The notes under the pieces are model-generated. The model was not told the DNA's origin. It ran no database searches and saw nothing but the letters and a program-made list of their open reading frames with translations. Positions 1 through 10,066 of a DNA stretch of 64,000 nucleotides are shown here, in pieces. The DNA lies in the IMG/VR virus record IMGVR_UViG_3300010352_002811, positions 1 through 64,000 of that record, one strand, 5' to 3'. The DNA is from a virus (Duplodnaviria > Caudoviricetes). The stretch's first letter is position 1, and each line of letters opens with the position of its first letter. Both the position numbers and the translations under genes were made by a program.

Positions 1-444
1 ATGTTCCTTCAACCTGACACGACCAATCTTCGGAAGAATGATGTAGTTGTAGCCAACTCTAGTGGTAGCACAAACCTTGTATGAATCGTGGTGTCCTCTC
101 TTCTTCATCACAGGGTAGGCACCCTGTTTGGCAAAGAATCTTTTGAACGCAGTTTCTAGATTCCTGAGAGCTTCCTGCCAGCATGATTTAGACACATCAC
201 CAATCCATTTTAGTTCATCATCTCTCAATTTGGCAAACTGTTTATACCAGTCTTTAGATGATATTTTAGGATAGTTTGGTTTGACCAACCCCAATGTTTC
301 GGCTTCTCGTTTAGCCATATCAACTTTGTTTGTATGATTTTGTAGCGCCCAATTATACGCGAACCGGGACACGCCACAATGATTGTAGAACTGTTTGATT
401 TGTGCTTGGTTTGGCTTGAGTTCGATGCGGTAACTTAGAATCAT
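1..444 (-). mobile_element. tnpB: TnpB (IS200/IS605/IS607-family RNA-guided nuclease), N-terminal part; runs off the window edge
   Basis: Not in the ORF track. Manual translation from ATG 444 gives MILSYRIELKPNQAQIKQFYNHCGVSRFAYNWAL...WQEALRNLETAFKRFF...YPVMKKRG...LPKIGRVRLKE, the typical TnpB HTH/WED N-terminus. No tnpA upstream. Confidence 0.9.
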
Positions 445-512
445 ATACCTATATTTAGTGTTGTTGAAAGGACTATGTATGATAATTGTTGACTATATTA
501 TGATTGAAATGA

Positions 513-878
513 TTAAACACATTCTCTTTTGATAATTTTATTTTTCCGTAATGATTCTGGAAGCTTGGCTAGATATTCGTTCCAAGAAGCTTCCTTATAT
601 TCCTGAGTAGCATGTTTATCCCGTGATTTTTGATTTATCTGGTCACGATTTTTCTCTTTATATAGCCTCATTTTTTCTCTGTTACAATCTGAACATAATG
701 ATATAACTCCAATATCCTTCTTAGTGTTTTTTACCATCTCCGATAATAATTTCGGCTTGCTACATTTATAACAGAATAAATGTATTGGTTTTATTCCAGT
801 TTGTTTATATTCATCAAAAATTTTCTTATTCTCAGCAACAACATATTCGTTTGTCTGCTCTTTCTTTCCTTTTGGCAT
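513..878 (-). CDS. Small CxxC...CxxC zinc-finger protein resembling the N-terminus of phage HNH/EndoVII homing endonucleases, with no nuclease domain
   Basis: CYKC...LCSDC followed by a basic helix; own promoter box at 962-978. Confidence 0.5.
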   Translation of the reverse strand: MPKGKKEQTNEYVVAENKKIFDEYKQTGIKPIHLFCYKCSKPKLLSEMVKNTKKDIGVISLCSDCNREKMRLYKEKNRDQINQKSRDKHATQEYKEASWNEYLAKLPESLRKNKIIKRECV

Positions 879-993
879 GTTTTTTATTTTCTTTTAATTA
901 TTAGTTTATGAGAATAACTGTTTGTTTGACTGATTTATCCACTTACAGGTCTTCCTAAATGATTATATCGTGGAAGAAAATGTTGATATAATA

Positions 994-1024
994 GAAAAGG
1001 CGGGATTTTTCAACCCCGCCTTAA
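994..1024 (-). terminator. Rho-independent terminator after gp23
   Basis: aaaaggcggg-atttttcaac-cccgcctt hairpin; U-tract on the minus strand. Confidence 0.8.
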
Positions 1025-1050
1025 ATTTCACATCAAGAGTAAAACTAAAC

Positions 1051-2361
1051 TTACGCGCCTAGAACTTTGTCAAGGTTTGTAAATGTAGCAACTCTATAAT
1101 ATCTTCCAGACCCAAGCAAATTGTCCGTCAGTGCCGCGCGATGCATTACACCAATATTCATTCCGAAGTTATCAGGATTGACAGCGCGATTGAATAGGCC
1201 CGTGATATATGGGGAGTAGATAATTCCACAATCCGAAATTCCTGGTCCCTTGTATCCAACTAGAGCATAATCGGAATAAGCGAGAGGATCGCGGAAAACC
1301 TTGATGGTTCCATTGATAGTTCCAATTTCAGCAAGTGTCTGAGAAGCATTTACTTCAGCAGTGTTGGCAGTGAACTGTGGACCAGCAGCCTGAAGAGCAG
1401 TCGCAACGCGAGGGGAGACTACAACGAAGTTACCAGCACCACGGAAAGTAGCAGTAGCAATGTCGTTAGAAAGCTTGATGATGACATTGACAACGTTTGA
1501 GAACTTTTCTTGGCTCCAACGACCGTCGGTAGCAGAAACGTTAATAGCAACAGGAACAGCACCACCATTGGATGTGTTTATAGCAGCCTGAATCATCCGA
1601 CCAAGAATTTCGCGGTCAAGTTCGGCAACGATTTCGTAGTTGAGGATGTTGAGCATTTCGCGTTCAATTTCAATACCCTGCATAGCCTTAAGATCCTGAG
1701 CGGCTTCGAGAGTGAAGGAAGCGCCGAGCTTACGAGTCTTAGCTTCAATCGCAACCTTATCAAGGAACAGTTTAGCCTGTGGCATGGTTGAAGACATGAG
1801 CCAAGCTTCAGCAGTAGAAGTATTAGCCATGGTTCCAAACTTACCAGCAGTGGCAGTGGTGGAGAAATCATAGATGGCGGAAGGCGCAGTGCTAAGAGCA
1901 GAACCGGCCTGAGCACCAGTATAACCCGAATATTCATTAAGAGCGCGGAAACCGGCTTCATAAGAATCAGAACCACCATTAAATGCAGTTAGTCCAGCAG
2001 AAGAGCCAGTTGGAGGAACGCCTGGAACATTGAGACTGTAGCGCAGCGCGAATGCGAGGCCGATTGGGGAATTCATAGCCTGAACACCAACGCACTTGTG
2101 AGCGAAAAGGTCAGGGAAAGTACGACGAACAAGAGCTAGAGCGATTGGGCTGAACTTAGCACCTTCACCAGCGTTAGAGCCGAAGTTAGTGGTAGAGATA
2201 GCATCTTCGTTTAGCATAGCCCGGACGTCGAGGCGTTCCTGGTTTTCGAGAAGGACTGAAAGCTGTTCGCGGACATCAGCTTCACCAACATTAGAAACTG
2301 AAAGCTTACCTGGGGCATTTAGCCACTTCTGGTAGATTTCTTTACGATCAAATTTTTCCAT
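1051..2361 (-). CDS. gp23: Major capsid protein (T4 gp23-like)
   Basis: LVRRTFP, VGVQAMNSPIGLAFALR, AKTRKL, EAAQDLKAMQGI, EIVAELDREI and YSPY motifs; N-terminal LLE/LNE cleavage sites. Confidence 0.97.
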   Translation of the reverse strand: MEKFDRKEIYQKWLNAPGKLSVSNVGEADVREQLSVLLENQERLDVRAMLNEDAISTTNFGSNAGEGAKFSPIALALVRRTFPDLFAHKCVGVQAMNSPIGLAFALRYSLNVPGVPPTGSSAGLTAFNGGSDSYEAGFRALNEYSGYTGAQAGSALSTAPSAIYDFSTTATAGKFGTMANTSTAEAWLMSSTMPQAKLFLDKVAIEAKTRKLGASFTLEAAQDLKAMQGIEIEREMLNILNYEIVAELDREILGRMIQAAINTSNGGAVPVAINVSATDGRWSQEKFSNVVNVIIKLSNDIATATFRGAGNFVVVSPRVATALQAAGPQFTANTAEVNASQTLAEIGTINGTIKVFRDPLAYSDYALVGYKGPGISDCGIIYSPYITGLFNRAVNPDNFGMNIGVMHRAALTDNLLGSGRYYRVATFTNLDKVLGA

Positions 2362-2388
2362 TTTAACAATCTCCTTTATAGGTAAAAG

Positions 2389-2396
2389 TATTTATA
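2389..2396 (-). promoter_or_regulatory. T4-type late promoter TATAAATA for gp23
   Basis: Exact TATAAATA upstream of an AGGAG RBS and the gp23 start. The TAAATA core recurs at 452, 3396, 4177, 4604, 4810, 7702, 8521, 10011, 10516, 11680, 12400, 42598 (-) and 42614, 49309, 50020, 52141, 54689 (+). Confidence 0.9.
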
Positions 2397-2426
2397 GAAA
2401 TCGCAGAAAATTTTTTTCTTTTGCGA

Positions 2427-3368
2427 TTATTCTCCAAGTAGATAACGAACGCGGTCTAGTCTAATTTCGTCATCTTTCTTCTCAACTTCAGATTCGACGG
2501 ATGCGGATTCAACGATTTCTTCAACAGATCCGGTGAACACATCTTCATTAATGACTTCTGTTTCGGTCTTTCCGATGATGACGTCTTCTGTTTCTGAGAT
2601 GATGTCGATCACGGTGTCGATTTTAGCGGCGACTTCTTCAAAAGACTTACCTTCGAGCATGACGGTGACGCGATTTTTCTGTGATTCGGTTAGCCCTTCT
2701 GACTTGGTAGCGATGAGCAATCCAGTCTGTAGGGATTCGACCTTCTTCACGAGTTCAATCTTATCGGCCATTGATTCATTCAGCTTAGTCTTGAGGGTTT
2801 CGGCTTCGGCTTTAGCTTCAGCGACGATCTTAGTTCCTTCGGCGTCGATAGCAACGAACTTGTTTTCAAACAGATCGCGGATACCATTGACGATTGGGGC
2901 ATAAGCTTCATTGATTGCGACGGATTCGAGGAGTTCATCGGATATCTTTGAAGAGATTTCCAGATCGAGGAACTTATCGAGCTTATCTACAACATTTTCT
3001 TCAAGGGACTGAATCTTTTCGGCGTACTCTTCATCAAGCTGGGTTTTAATTTCGGCTACTTTGTCGGAGACTTCTTTAGCGACGAAACCTTCAGCCAGTT
3101 CTTGTAGGCGTTCGATTGCGGTTTCCTTGAAAAGTTCGGTCTTAGAAGCGTATGATTCTTCGAGTTCGGTGGTCTTTTCAGAAACTAGGCGATCAACTTC
3201 CTGTAGGGTGTACTGTTCGGCAAGAGTTTCGAGTTCGGCCTTGATATCAGTGACGATGAGAGCGGCGCGGTCTTTTGCCTTTTCTTCAATTAGGGAAACG
3301 ATTGACTCTTCAAGCTGGACGAAATCTTCAGCAGAGAGATGTTCCTTAAACTTTTCTAGAATATCCAT
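2427..3368 (-). CDS. gp22: Prohead core scaffold protein (gp22-like)
   Basis: Highly acidic coiled-coil protein between the protease and MCP; many L/I-x-E sites (LLES, INEA, LNES, LTES, INED). Confidence 0.88.
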   Translation of the reverse strand: MDILEKFKEHLSAEDFVQLEESIVSLIEEKAKDRAALIVTDIKAELETLAEQYTLQEVDRLVSEKTTELEESYASKTELFKETAIERLQELAEGFVAKEVSDKVAEIKTQLDEEYAEKIQSLEENVVDKLDKFLDLEISSKISDELLESVAINEAYAPIVNGIRDLFENKFVAIDAEGTKIVAEAKAEAETLKTKLNESMADKIELVKKVESLQTGLLIATKSEGLTESQKNRVTVMLEGKSFEEVAAKIDTVIDIISETEDVIIGKTETEVINEDVFTGSVEEIVESASVESEVEKKDDEIRLDRVRYLLGE

Positions 3369-3446
3369 TTGTATTAACCTCCATTTGGTTATAATTATTT
3401 AGAAAGGTGGAGAAAATAAAATTTGGAGTTTTTTATAAATAGAATG

Positions 3447-3479
3447 AAAAAAGCCAAACTCTGAGGAGAATGGCTTTTA
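3447..3479. terminator. Bidirectional-looking terminator between gp21 and gp22
   Basis: aaaaaagcca...tggctttt hairpin. Confidence 0.6.
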
Positions 3480-3500
3480 GAATGAATTTGGGTGAAAGAA

Positions 3501-4151
3501 TTAAATGCGCTTGCGAAGATTTGAAATAAACTTAGAAAGGTCTTCAGCAAGTTGTTTTGAACCGTGCTTGGAGAGGTCTTTTTCTAATTGCGACACGGCC
3601 ATTTCAACAATATCACCATGTTCATTTATGATGTAGTCTTTTGATTCAAACACGTTTTCCATTACCGCACGGTTCGCGGACGGATCTGACACCGCGTCGA
3701 TAGCTAATAGTTTATAATCTTCACCAACAACATTTCCTTCTCCTAGAGACCCGATACCTCTTGTAGAAACAGCTATTTGGCAATTAGCGTCCATCAATAC
3801 TTTTAGAATTTTTCCGGTTGGTGTATCGAGAACTTCCAACTCTCCAATTCCGCATTGGTTTCCTCTATCATAGTGAAGTTCTGTTATAATATGCGAAGCG
3901 TCTGCTAATTTAATAACCGCCTGACTTGGATGATCACAGTTTCCAAATGATCTGCGTTTCGAAATCTTTTCTTCATTATAACGTTCAATCTCTCGTTCAA
4001 GAAGTTCGTTTGGATATACTCTACCATTTCTATTTTTAGTAGAAGCTTCCATCATTATTCCGCGCATCTTGTATATTTTTGGCTTGTTTTCAGCAGCTTC
4101 GGTTAGATATTCGAACTGCCCGTGGTCTACCAATTCTGAAAAAATCTTCAT
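3501..4151 (-). CDS. gp21: Prohead protease (gp21-like)
   Basis: KNRNGRVYP, DHP, ASHII, LDTPTG, VSTRGIGS, DAVSDPSA. Confidence 0.96.
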   Translation of the reverse strand: MKIFSELVDHGQFEYLTEAAENKPKIYKMRGIMMEASTKNRNGRVYPNELLEREIERYNEEKISKRRSFGNCDHPSQAVIKLADASHIITELHYDRGNQCGIGELEVLDTPTGKILKVLMDANCQIAVSTRGIGSLGEGNVVGEDYKLLAIDAVSDPSANRAVMENVFESKDYIINEHGDIVEMAVSQLEKDLSKHGSKQLAEDLSKFISNLRKRI

Positions 4152-4262
4152 AGGATTTTAGTCCTCCTCTTTTATGTATTTATTAGTTTTAATTATTTTT
4201 CACGAATAACAAAAAAGCCCTCATTTTATTGAAGGCTTTTCGTTTCATATTTTATTTTGTTT

Positions 4263-4583
4263 TTAGTCTTCGTCGCTTGATTCTTCTGGTTCTCCGCCGA
4301 ATTCACCTATTAGCAAATCATACATTTCTTTAGCCATTCCTGTTGGTTTTGATTCCATTCGTCCTGGTTTATAATCTGATGTTGAGAGAGCGGAGTAAAG
4401 GTTTGAAGATTGTCCAGTATGGTTGTTTGATGCGTACCAATAGATTGCTGATTCGACATCAATATCATCGGCTTCATATGACTTTTTGAATTTGTCCAGA
4501 TATTTTTTCATTTCTTTATATGTTGGGTCTTTGGATGTTTTTTCAGACTCAGTTAGCATCTTTATATATTCATTAAACTTCAT
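4263..4583 (-). CDS. Putative internal head protein with CTS-like leader (MKFNEYIKMLTE|S)
   Basis: Start reassigned to ATG 4583 (GAGG RBS, TAAATA at 4604); flanked by terminators at 4211-4241 and 4616-4645. Confidence 0.65.
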   Translation of the reverse strand: MKFNEYIKMLTESEKTSKDPTYKEMKKYLDKFKKSYEADDIDVESAIYWYASNNHTGQSSNLYSALSTSDYKPGRMESKPTGMAKEMYDLLIGEFGGEPEESSDED

Positions 4584-4648
4584 TGATTTGTTCCTCTTTG
4601 AATTATTTAGGTATGAAAAAAGCCCCGATTTGACTCGAGGCTTTTGTT

Positions 4649-4792
4649 TCACTTCTGGTTTCTCATCTTTTGAATGAATTCTTGTTTCTTTTCTGAGACT
4701 TTCTTAGCGACTTTTTCGGCTATTTTGTCTTCGATTTGAGACTTGAGTTCATCCAGACGATTTTCTTGAAGTTGTTTAATTACGTCCTTCAT
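4649..4792 (-). CDS. 47-aa coiled-coil prohead core protein (gp67-like by position)
   Basis: Manual ORF MKDVIKQLQENRLDELKSQIEDKIAEKVAKKVSEKKQEFIQKMRNQK; RBS GGAG, late promoter at 4810, terminator downstream; lies between portal and protease. Confidence 0.6.
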   Translation of the reverse strand: MKDVIKQLQENRLDELKSQIEDKIAEKVAKKVSEKKQEFIQKMRNQK

Positions 4793-4822
4793 AGGTTCTC
4801 CTTTTCTTTTATTTAGAATTAT

Positions 4823-5113
4823 TCAGATATATTTTTTGAAGATTATGGAAGATTCTGGCTTGATTTTCATGATTTTTGAGTCTTTGAATGTTATCAGTAG
4901 GGCTTTTTCAACATCTTCTTTCTTGGATTCGTGGTTCAATTCTTTTAGGGTTTTGGAAATTTTAGATTCAATCTTATTTTGAGGCATTGGTTCTGGAAGG
5001 CTGATGAAGATTTTGAACTCAGCATCTCCGGCGTTCAGAATGAGGGTGAAAGAGTTGGAGACAGCATCATCCTTGGTTTCTGTGAGCATTCGGACATATT
5101 CATTGAACTTCAT
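4823..5113 (-). CDS. Putative internal head protein (leader MKFNEYVRMLTE|T)
   Basis: Leader nearly identical to that of 4583. Confidence 0.6.
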   Translation of the reverse strand: MKFNEYVRMLTETKDDAVSNSFTLILNAGDAEFKIFISLPEPMPQNKIESKISKTLKELNHESKKEDVEKALLITFKDSKIMKIKPESSIIFKKYI

Positions 5114-5116
5114 ATA

Positions 5117-5440
5117 TTATCCCAGATTCTTCAAACGTTCTGCTGATTGGATTAGAGATTCAGAATAGAAGACGAATGCTGTAATTGCTTTCTTATCCAG
5201 GTATTTGAACTCTGATTTTGCGATTTTAATTTCTGGTGTGATTGATGTCATTCGTAGTTCAAGTTTTGTGGTTTCATGGTCTGTTGAAACATCGATGGTG
5301 AAATCGTCAGAAATCTTCTTCATCGCTGTCTTGTGGTCTTTTGATGTTTTGAATCCTGCGTCTTTTAGGAGTTTTATTTCTTCATCAGCCAGTTTGTTCT
5401 CTTTTTCAAAATCTTCGTTCTCGTAGAAATTCTTGAACAT
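5117..5440 (-). CDS. Hypothetical late protein (leader-like MFKNFYENE)
   Basis: ORF in the head operon. Confidence 0.55.
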   Translation of the reverse strand: MFKNFYENEDFEKENKLADEEIKLLKDAGFKTSKDHKTAMKKISDDFTIDVSTDHETTKLELRMTSITPEIKIAKSEFKYLDKKAITAFVFYSESLIQSAERLKNLG

Positions 5441-5665
5441 TTACCATTTTCTCCTTGGACATGTTGAGTTTTGGTAATAGCATTTTCGTTTCAGTTCGGA
5501 CCATGGCCAGAATTTTGTTTCCGGGCATCCACATTCTCTACAATAGTTTCTGTGGTCTTTTTGAACATTCCAAACACAAGTTGAGCAGACATTAATCCTA
5601 TGAACATATGTCGTCATGTTTGTCTTGGGACCGAATATTGCTTTTAGAAATGAGAATATTTTCAT
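5441..5665 (-). CDS. Small Cys-rich protein (DUF6171-like)
   Basis: R-x-x-x-CxxC...CxECGC...CPxxKW; start reassigned to ATG 5665. Confidence 0.6.
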   Translation of the reverse strand: MKIFSFLKAIFGPKTNMTTYVHRINVCSTCVWNVQKDHRNYCRECGCPETKFWPWSELKRKCYYQNSTCPRRKW

Positions 5666-5667
5666 TT

Positions 5668-5997
5668 TTACATGTATGAATAATGGAACTTTTTTACCAG
5701 GGCATCCAATTCTCCACAAAGACGAATGACGTTTGACACTTGTTCTACTGAGTGGACTTTTGATTGGAGATAGATTTTTTCTTTTCCATACAATTCTGAA
5801 ACACCTTCTAGAATCGTAATGTAATAGTCTTTGATTTTTCTAACAATGAGTTCAGTATGATAATATTGGTATTTGAATTCTTCTGTCTCGTTATCATATT
5901 TTAGCTTCAGTTTTTCAAGTTTCTCAATCTCGGAATTTGAAAACTCTATATACTCTACCGTTTCATTCAGATGTTCTAAGTATTCTGAAAATCTCAT
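5668..5997 (-). CDS. Putative internal head protein (leader MRFSEYLEHLNE|T)
   Basis: Leader motif; directly downstream of portal. Confidence 0.55.
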   Translation of the reverse strand: MRFSEYLEHLNETVEYIEFSNSEIEKLEKLKLKYDNETEEFKYQYYHTELIVRKIKDYYITILEGVSELYGKEKIYLQSKVHSVEQVSNVIRLCGELDALVKKFHYSYM

Positions 5998-6005
5998 ATA
6001 TCACC

Positions 6006-7679
6006 TCATGGTTCTGGGAATTCAGTGGTACCGCCTTCACCTGCGCCCACTGTTGCTGGAGTCTCTTCGGGGGTTTCGTTTGGTAGTTCTTGAACAGGCA
6101 CTTCTGATTTTGCCTCTTCAGAACCATCTTCATTTTCTGGGGGTTCTTCTGAAGGTTTCTCACTCTTCTTTGGAGCTTTTTCCTTCGCTTCAGTTTCAGC
6201 AAGTTCTTCTTGAATCATAGTTTGCTGTTCCTGGTATTCCTGATCTGTCATTCCCCAAATTTCGGTCATGACATATTTCCTAGACCAAAGGCCATTCTTG
6301 TTTTCCGCTGAGGCAATATCGTCCTTGAATTTTGCCATCACATCCATCTTGGCATTCAAAACTTGGAGCTTCTTCTGTTCAGCAAATGCGTTCTCTTCGA
6401 AATACTTGACCTTGAACAATGAGGATTTTGTGTAGACTTGGTTGACCTGATTCGAAAGCCTGAGTTGCTGAATCATGATGTCGATGATAATTTGAGAGAA
6501 TCGATTTCTAAGACGGGTGATGAACTTTGAGAACTTCAATTCTTCTCTAGTGATTTCGCCAGGAGCAACACCTGTAGCCACCGTGTTCAAAGTGTCTTCC
6601 CAACGAGACCTTGGAATGTTCAATGTTTTGTAAAGCTTTCTTAAGAAGTAATTGACATCATCAAGCTCTCCAAGAGACATACCAGATTGAAGAGTGTTGA
6701 CTTCTGCTCCACGACCATCAGCATCCTTCAAGAACCAATAATCCTGTGTGAGTGCTTGGAATGCTTTTGTTGAATCTACCTGACCTGTTTGATTGTTATA
6801 GATGTCGTTCTTCCGGTATGAGTGAATCAAGTTCTTCAAGAATTCCTGAGCTTTTCCTGGTTGAAGTTTTCCAGTCGAAATGTTCCAAATTCTTCTCTCA
6901 GGAGCACGAACTAAACGATAAATGATAACAGCATCTTCAAGAGATTTTAACTGATTATAAGTTCTGATAGATGCTTCAAGATATCCACGAACATCGAGCA
7001 GAGAATTTCCATATTGTCCATAATGAGAATATGCTACCTGATTCGATTCAAACACGACAGGCTTGTTCCCTTGATTCTGTCCATAATTAGTTTGAATGGG
7101 GGTGTTGGTTTGAACGAATTTCTTTATGATCTGACCTTCATACATTGGCTGAGTGATGGCAACTGGGAGCGCACGAACACGAATGATTTTGTTTCCTTCA
7201 TTGTTCAAAACCATTTCAAGATATAGTTCAGCCTCAATCAACCACCGACGAAAATATTCCCATCCATTTCTGTCAAACTTCAAAACTTCATTTACAACAT
7301 AGTCAAACGTCTTCCTGATTATCTTCTCTTCTCTTAATGGAATCTCTTTTGTTATAATTAAATCAAGATACTCGCCATTCTCATTTGATGTTATAGTTTC
7401 GTCACAAATAGTATCAATTGCATCTTTGATTTCTGGGAAGTTAGCCATCTCTCTATACATGGCAACCTTCTGCCGCTTGTCCATGAAACTTGTCTTGAAC
7501 ATCGCCATCGTGTTGTTAGTTCCAAAACCCTGATTGCCAGAATTTTCAGAATAGAATTCATAATCCTCTGTAGAAATACCAACAGCATTCTTCATGCTCT
7601 GTATTTCTTTCTCTTCCTCCGCTCTGTATTTTGAGTCTAAGAAGAATTTTGAGAATGGGTTGTAATAAGAAAAATCCAT
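6006..7679 (-). CDS. gp20: Portal vertex protein (gp20-like) with acidic C-terminal tail
   Basis: YREMA, EDAVIIYRLVRAPERRI, DYWF, YFLRKLYKTLNIPRSR, EITREELKFSKFI. Confidence 0.97.
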   Translation of the reverse strand: MDFSYYNPFSKFFLDSKYRAEEEKEIQSMKNAVGISTEDYEFYSENSGNQGFGTNNTMAMFKTSFMDKRQKVAMYREMANFPEIKDAIDTICDETITSNENGEYLDLIITKEIPLREEKIIRKTFDYVVNEVLKFDRNGWEYFRRWLIEAELYLEMVLNNEGNKIIRVRALPVAITQPMYEGQIIKKFVQTNTPIQTNYGQNQGNKPVVFESNQVAYSHYGQYGNSLLDVRGYLEASIRTYNQLKSLEDAVIIYRLVRAPERRIWNISTGKLQPGKAQEFLKNLIHSYRKNDIYNNQTGQVDSTKAFQALTQDYWFLKDADGRGAEVNTLQSGMSLGELDDVNYFLRKLYKTLNIPRSRWEDTLNTVATGVAPGEITREELKFSKFITRLRNRFSQIIIDIMIQQLRLSNQVNQVYTKSSLFKVKYFEENAFAEQKKLQVLNAKMDVMAKFKDDIASAENKNGLWSRKYVMTEIWGMTDQEYQEQQTMIQEELAETEAKEKAPKKSEKPSEEPPENEDGSEEAKSEVPVQELPNETPEETPATVGAGEGGTTEFPEP

Positions 7680-7704
7680 AATGCTCCAGTTCGTTCAATA
7701 CTAT

Positions 7705-8499
7705 TTAGTCTTCGAAAAATGAAGTGTCGCGAACTTTTCCAGTGAGATAATAAGATTCAATATCACGGTAAATGATTTTTGGGTCAACGCCTTTCTTGTA
7801 TACTTTACCAAACTTCGGATATTCAGGTGACCAAAGATCGAGCGCAACTTCAGAATTAGAATGAGAAACTGCCGACTTTATCTGAGCATATTGTTTTGTG
7901 GTTGGACGTTCCTTAATATCAAAGCCCGTCTGCTCAGGAATAAAACGGATTGTTCCAGTGTCTTTCAAAAACATCTCCATTACTTCTGATAGTGATTTAC
8001 CTTTCTTAAACTCTTCTGGAATAAACGAACCAATTATTCTATGGTCGTCTCCTCGTTTAATTGTTCCTGGAAACTTTATACAACGACCATCCGGAAGAAT
8101 ATATGCACAAGCCGAACCTATAAAATCAACAATTGAAACTCCTGACTCTTTTTCCTTCGCGATGTTTTTAATTACAATTTTCAAAAGGTCTTTGATTTTG
8201 GCAGGAGCTTCTACCTTGAATCCTATAACTTTTTTAACCGTATCAATCCAAGAATCATAAACCTTGTAGAATTTCTCATCATGGTCGCCTTGGATGAAAA
8301 TATGCTTCTTGAATAATTTCTTGATGTCTTCCGGTCCACGAACATCATAACCTTCAGAACTTAGATAATTGTTCATTTTGGTTAATTGTTCTTGGGTCAA
8401 ACGATCAACAGCAATCCAATAACCATCTTCCTTCTTTATTAGAATATCAGATGATTCCAAAAGAACGACATAATTATAACATTCTGATAACAAATCCAT
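7705..8499 (-). CDS. Hypothetical late protein with leader-like N-terminus (..YVVLLE|S)
   Basis: TATAAATA at 8521-8528; YILPDG...DHR motif. Confidence 0.6.
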   Translation of the reverse strand: MDLLSECYNYVVLLESSDILIKKEDGYWIAVDRLTQEQLTKMNNYLSSEGYDVRGPEDIKKLFKKHIFIQGDHDEKFYKVYDSWIDTVKKVIGFKVEAPAKIKDLLKIVIKNIAKEKESGVSIVDFIGSACAYILPDGRCIKFPGTIKRGDDHRIIGSFIPEEFKKGKSLSEVMEMFLKDTGTIRFIPEQTGFDIKERPTTKQYAQIKSAVSHSNSEVALDLWSPEYPKFGKVYKKGVDPKIIYRDIESYYLTGKVRDTSFFED

Positions 8500-8523
8500 A
8501 TAAATTCCTCTAATTAGAATTAT

Positions 8524-10005
8524 TTATATCTTTATCTGACTATCTGAAAATGGAAATCCTTGTTCTTCATAATATTGTTTTCTTGTTTTGAAATGTCTGT
8601 ATATGAAGTTATCAATCGTCTTATTTCCTTGACTATAACGAAGATCATCAACAACATCCCAAAGAACCATTATGTCTTTTGTCTCATGTTTTCTTAATCC
8701 TCTTCCAATCGACTGAAGCACTTTTATTTTTGATTTGTAAGAAGAGTAAAACACAATATTATGGAGTCTTGGTAAATTCCATCCAACAGCCAACGTAGCA
8801 TATGTTCCAATTATCAAAACATTTCCTTGACTCCTAGCAGCTATTCTAATATCTTCTCGTTCATCTGCTTTCACTTCACCATAAATCACATACACTTGGT
8901 GAGTTTTTCCATAATTCTCTTTCAAATATTCTTCGGTCTTTTTCAAATGGTCTATCTTATGCACCAGAATCAGAGTGTTTTCGTTGTTCTCATTTTTCTC
9001 AATTATATGGTCTAACACTTTTCTTCTTGGTTCATAACTTGTAATAAACTTCATCTCAGAATCATAATCTCTTGAACCAACACAATGAACTTTATCATAT
9101 TTCACAATCAAGTTATTAATCTTTATCTTACTCAAAACATCTCTATCAATCAATTCCTTTGTAGAGATGTTGAATGTGACTGGTCCAAGATATGATACAA
9201 CTGTTTGATAATCTGCCTTGTTCGGTGGCATTGTTCCTGTAAATCCATTTCTAATATCAGCATTCACACATTTCTTGCTGATTGATGCCATTTGATTTGA
9301 TTTCAGTCCATGTGTCTCATCAACCAAAAGAGCATCATATTGTTTGAAAAATGCTTCTTTCTTATACTGAACACTCTGCCATGTTGTAATCAAAACGTTC
9401 TTATTAAAATCTGGAGTAACCCCTGAATAAAGCTTAGTGACAAAATCATTTATAGTTGTCCATCCATATTCAATAAAGTCTGAATACATTTGGTTTACCA
9501 GAGCGACGTTAGGAACAATTAGAATTATCTTCTTGTTATGATTTATTAAGTAACGAATGATAGAATAAATGATAGCACTCTTTCCAGCACCAACAGAAGC
9601 TTCAATGATGGAACGTTTGTTGGATAGAGATTTTAGAATGGCTGTATGCTGATAATCTCTTGGATAAACTCCCGATTCAATTGAAAAAATAGAATCATAA
9701 AGATCGTAAAGTTCTTCTTCATCAATTTGGTTATAAAGGCAATGTGTGTCAAAATCAAGAGTGAGAGAAATGTCGTTGGCTTTGCAATATTTCGAAAGCT
9801 TGGGGAGAAGACCAATCGGAAGAAGATGGTCCTGTGGGTTGTAAGCAAATATTTTTCCATTCCAAAGCCCTTGTTTGAATTTTGGATGAAACATGAAATT
9901 TGCGGCCATCTCTGAGAAATAGTCTTTCAAATTCATCTCAATGCTTCTAGATGTGTGTATTTTTAAGTGAACTTCGTCTATTTTTCTTGCTATAACCTGT
10001 TCCAT
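8524..10005 (-). CDS. uvsW: UvsW-like SF2 DNA helicase
   Basis: PRDYQ, GAGKS, VDETH, GFTGT, LQSIGRGLR, WNGKI N-domain. Confidence 0.95.
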   Translation of the reverse strand: MEQVIARKIDEVHLKIHTSRSIEMNLKDYFSEMAANFMFHPKFKQGLWNGKIFAYNPQDHLLPIGLLPKLSKYCKANDISLTLDFDTHCLYNQIDEEELYDLYDSIFSIESGVYPRDYQHTAILKSLSNKRSIIEASVGAGKSAIIYSIIRYLINHNKKIILIVPNVALVNQMYSDFIEYGWTTINDFVTKLYSGVTPDFNKNVLITTWQSVQYKKEAFFKQYDALLVDETHGLKSNQMASISKKCVNADIRNGFTGTMPPNKADYQTVVSYLGPVTFNISTKELIDRDVLSKIKINNLIVKYDKVHCVGSRDYDSEMKFITSYEPRRKVLDHIIEKNENNENTLILVHKIDHLKKTEEYLKENYGKTHQVYVIYGEVKADEREDIRIAARSQGNVLIIGTYATLAVGWNLPRLHNIVFYSSYKSKIKVLQSIGRGLRKHETKDIMVLWDVVDDLRYSQGNKTIDNFIYRHFKTRKQYYEEQGFPFSDSQIKI

Positions 10006-10066
10006 GATAATATTTATACCAACAAAAACCGCTTCAATTTCTCAAAGCGGTTTTGTTTAATTCCTA

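Noticed and set aside
1510-3402. Antisense and alternative-frame ORFs over gp23 and gp22 (and similar shadows elsewhere)
   Set aside because: Shadows of strongly biased coding strands; no RBS, promoter or motifs
3434-3441. Plus-strand TATAAATA antisense to gp21
   Set aside because: Points directly into a terminator hairpin in AT-rich DNA; probably chance
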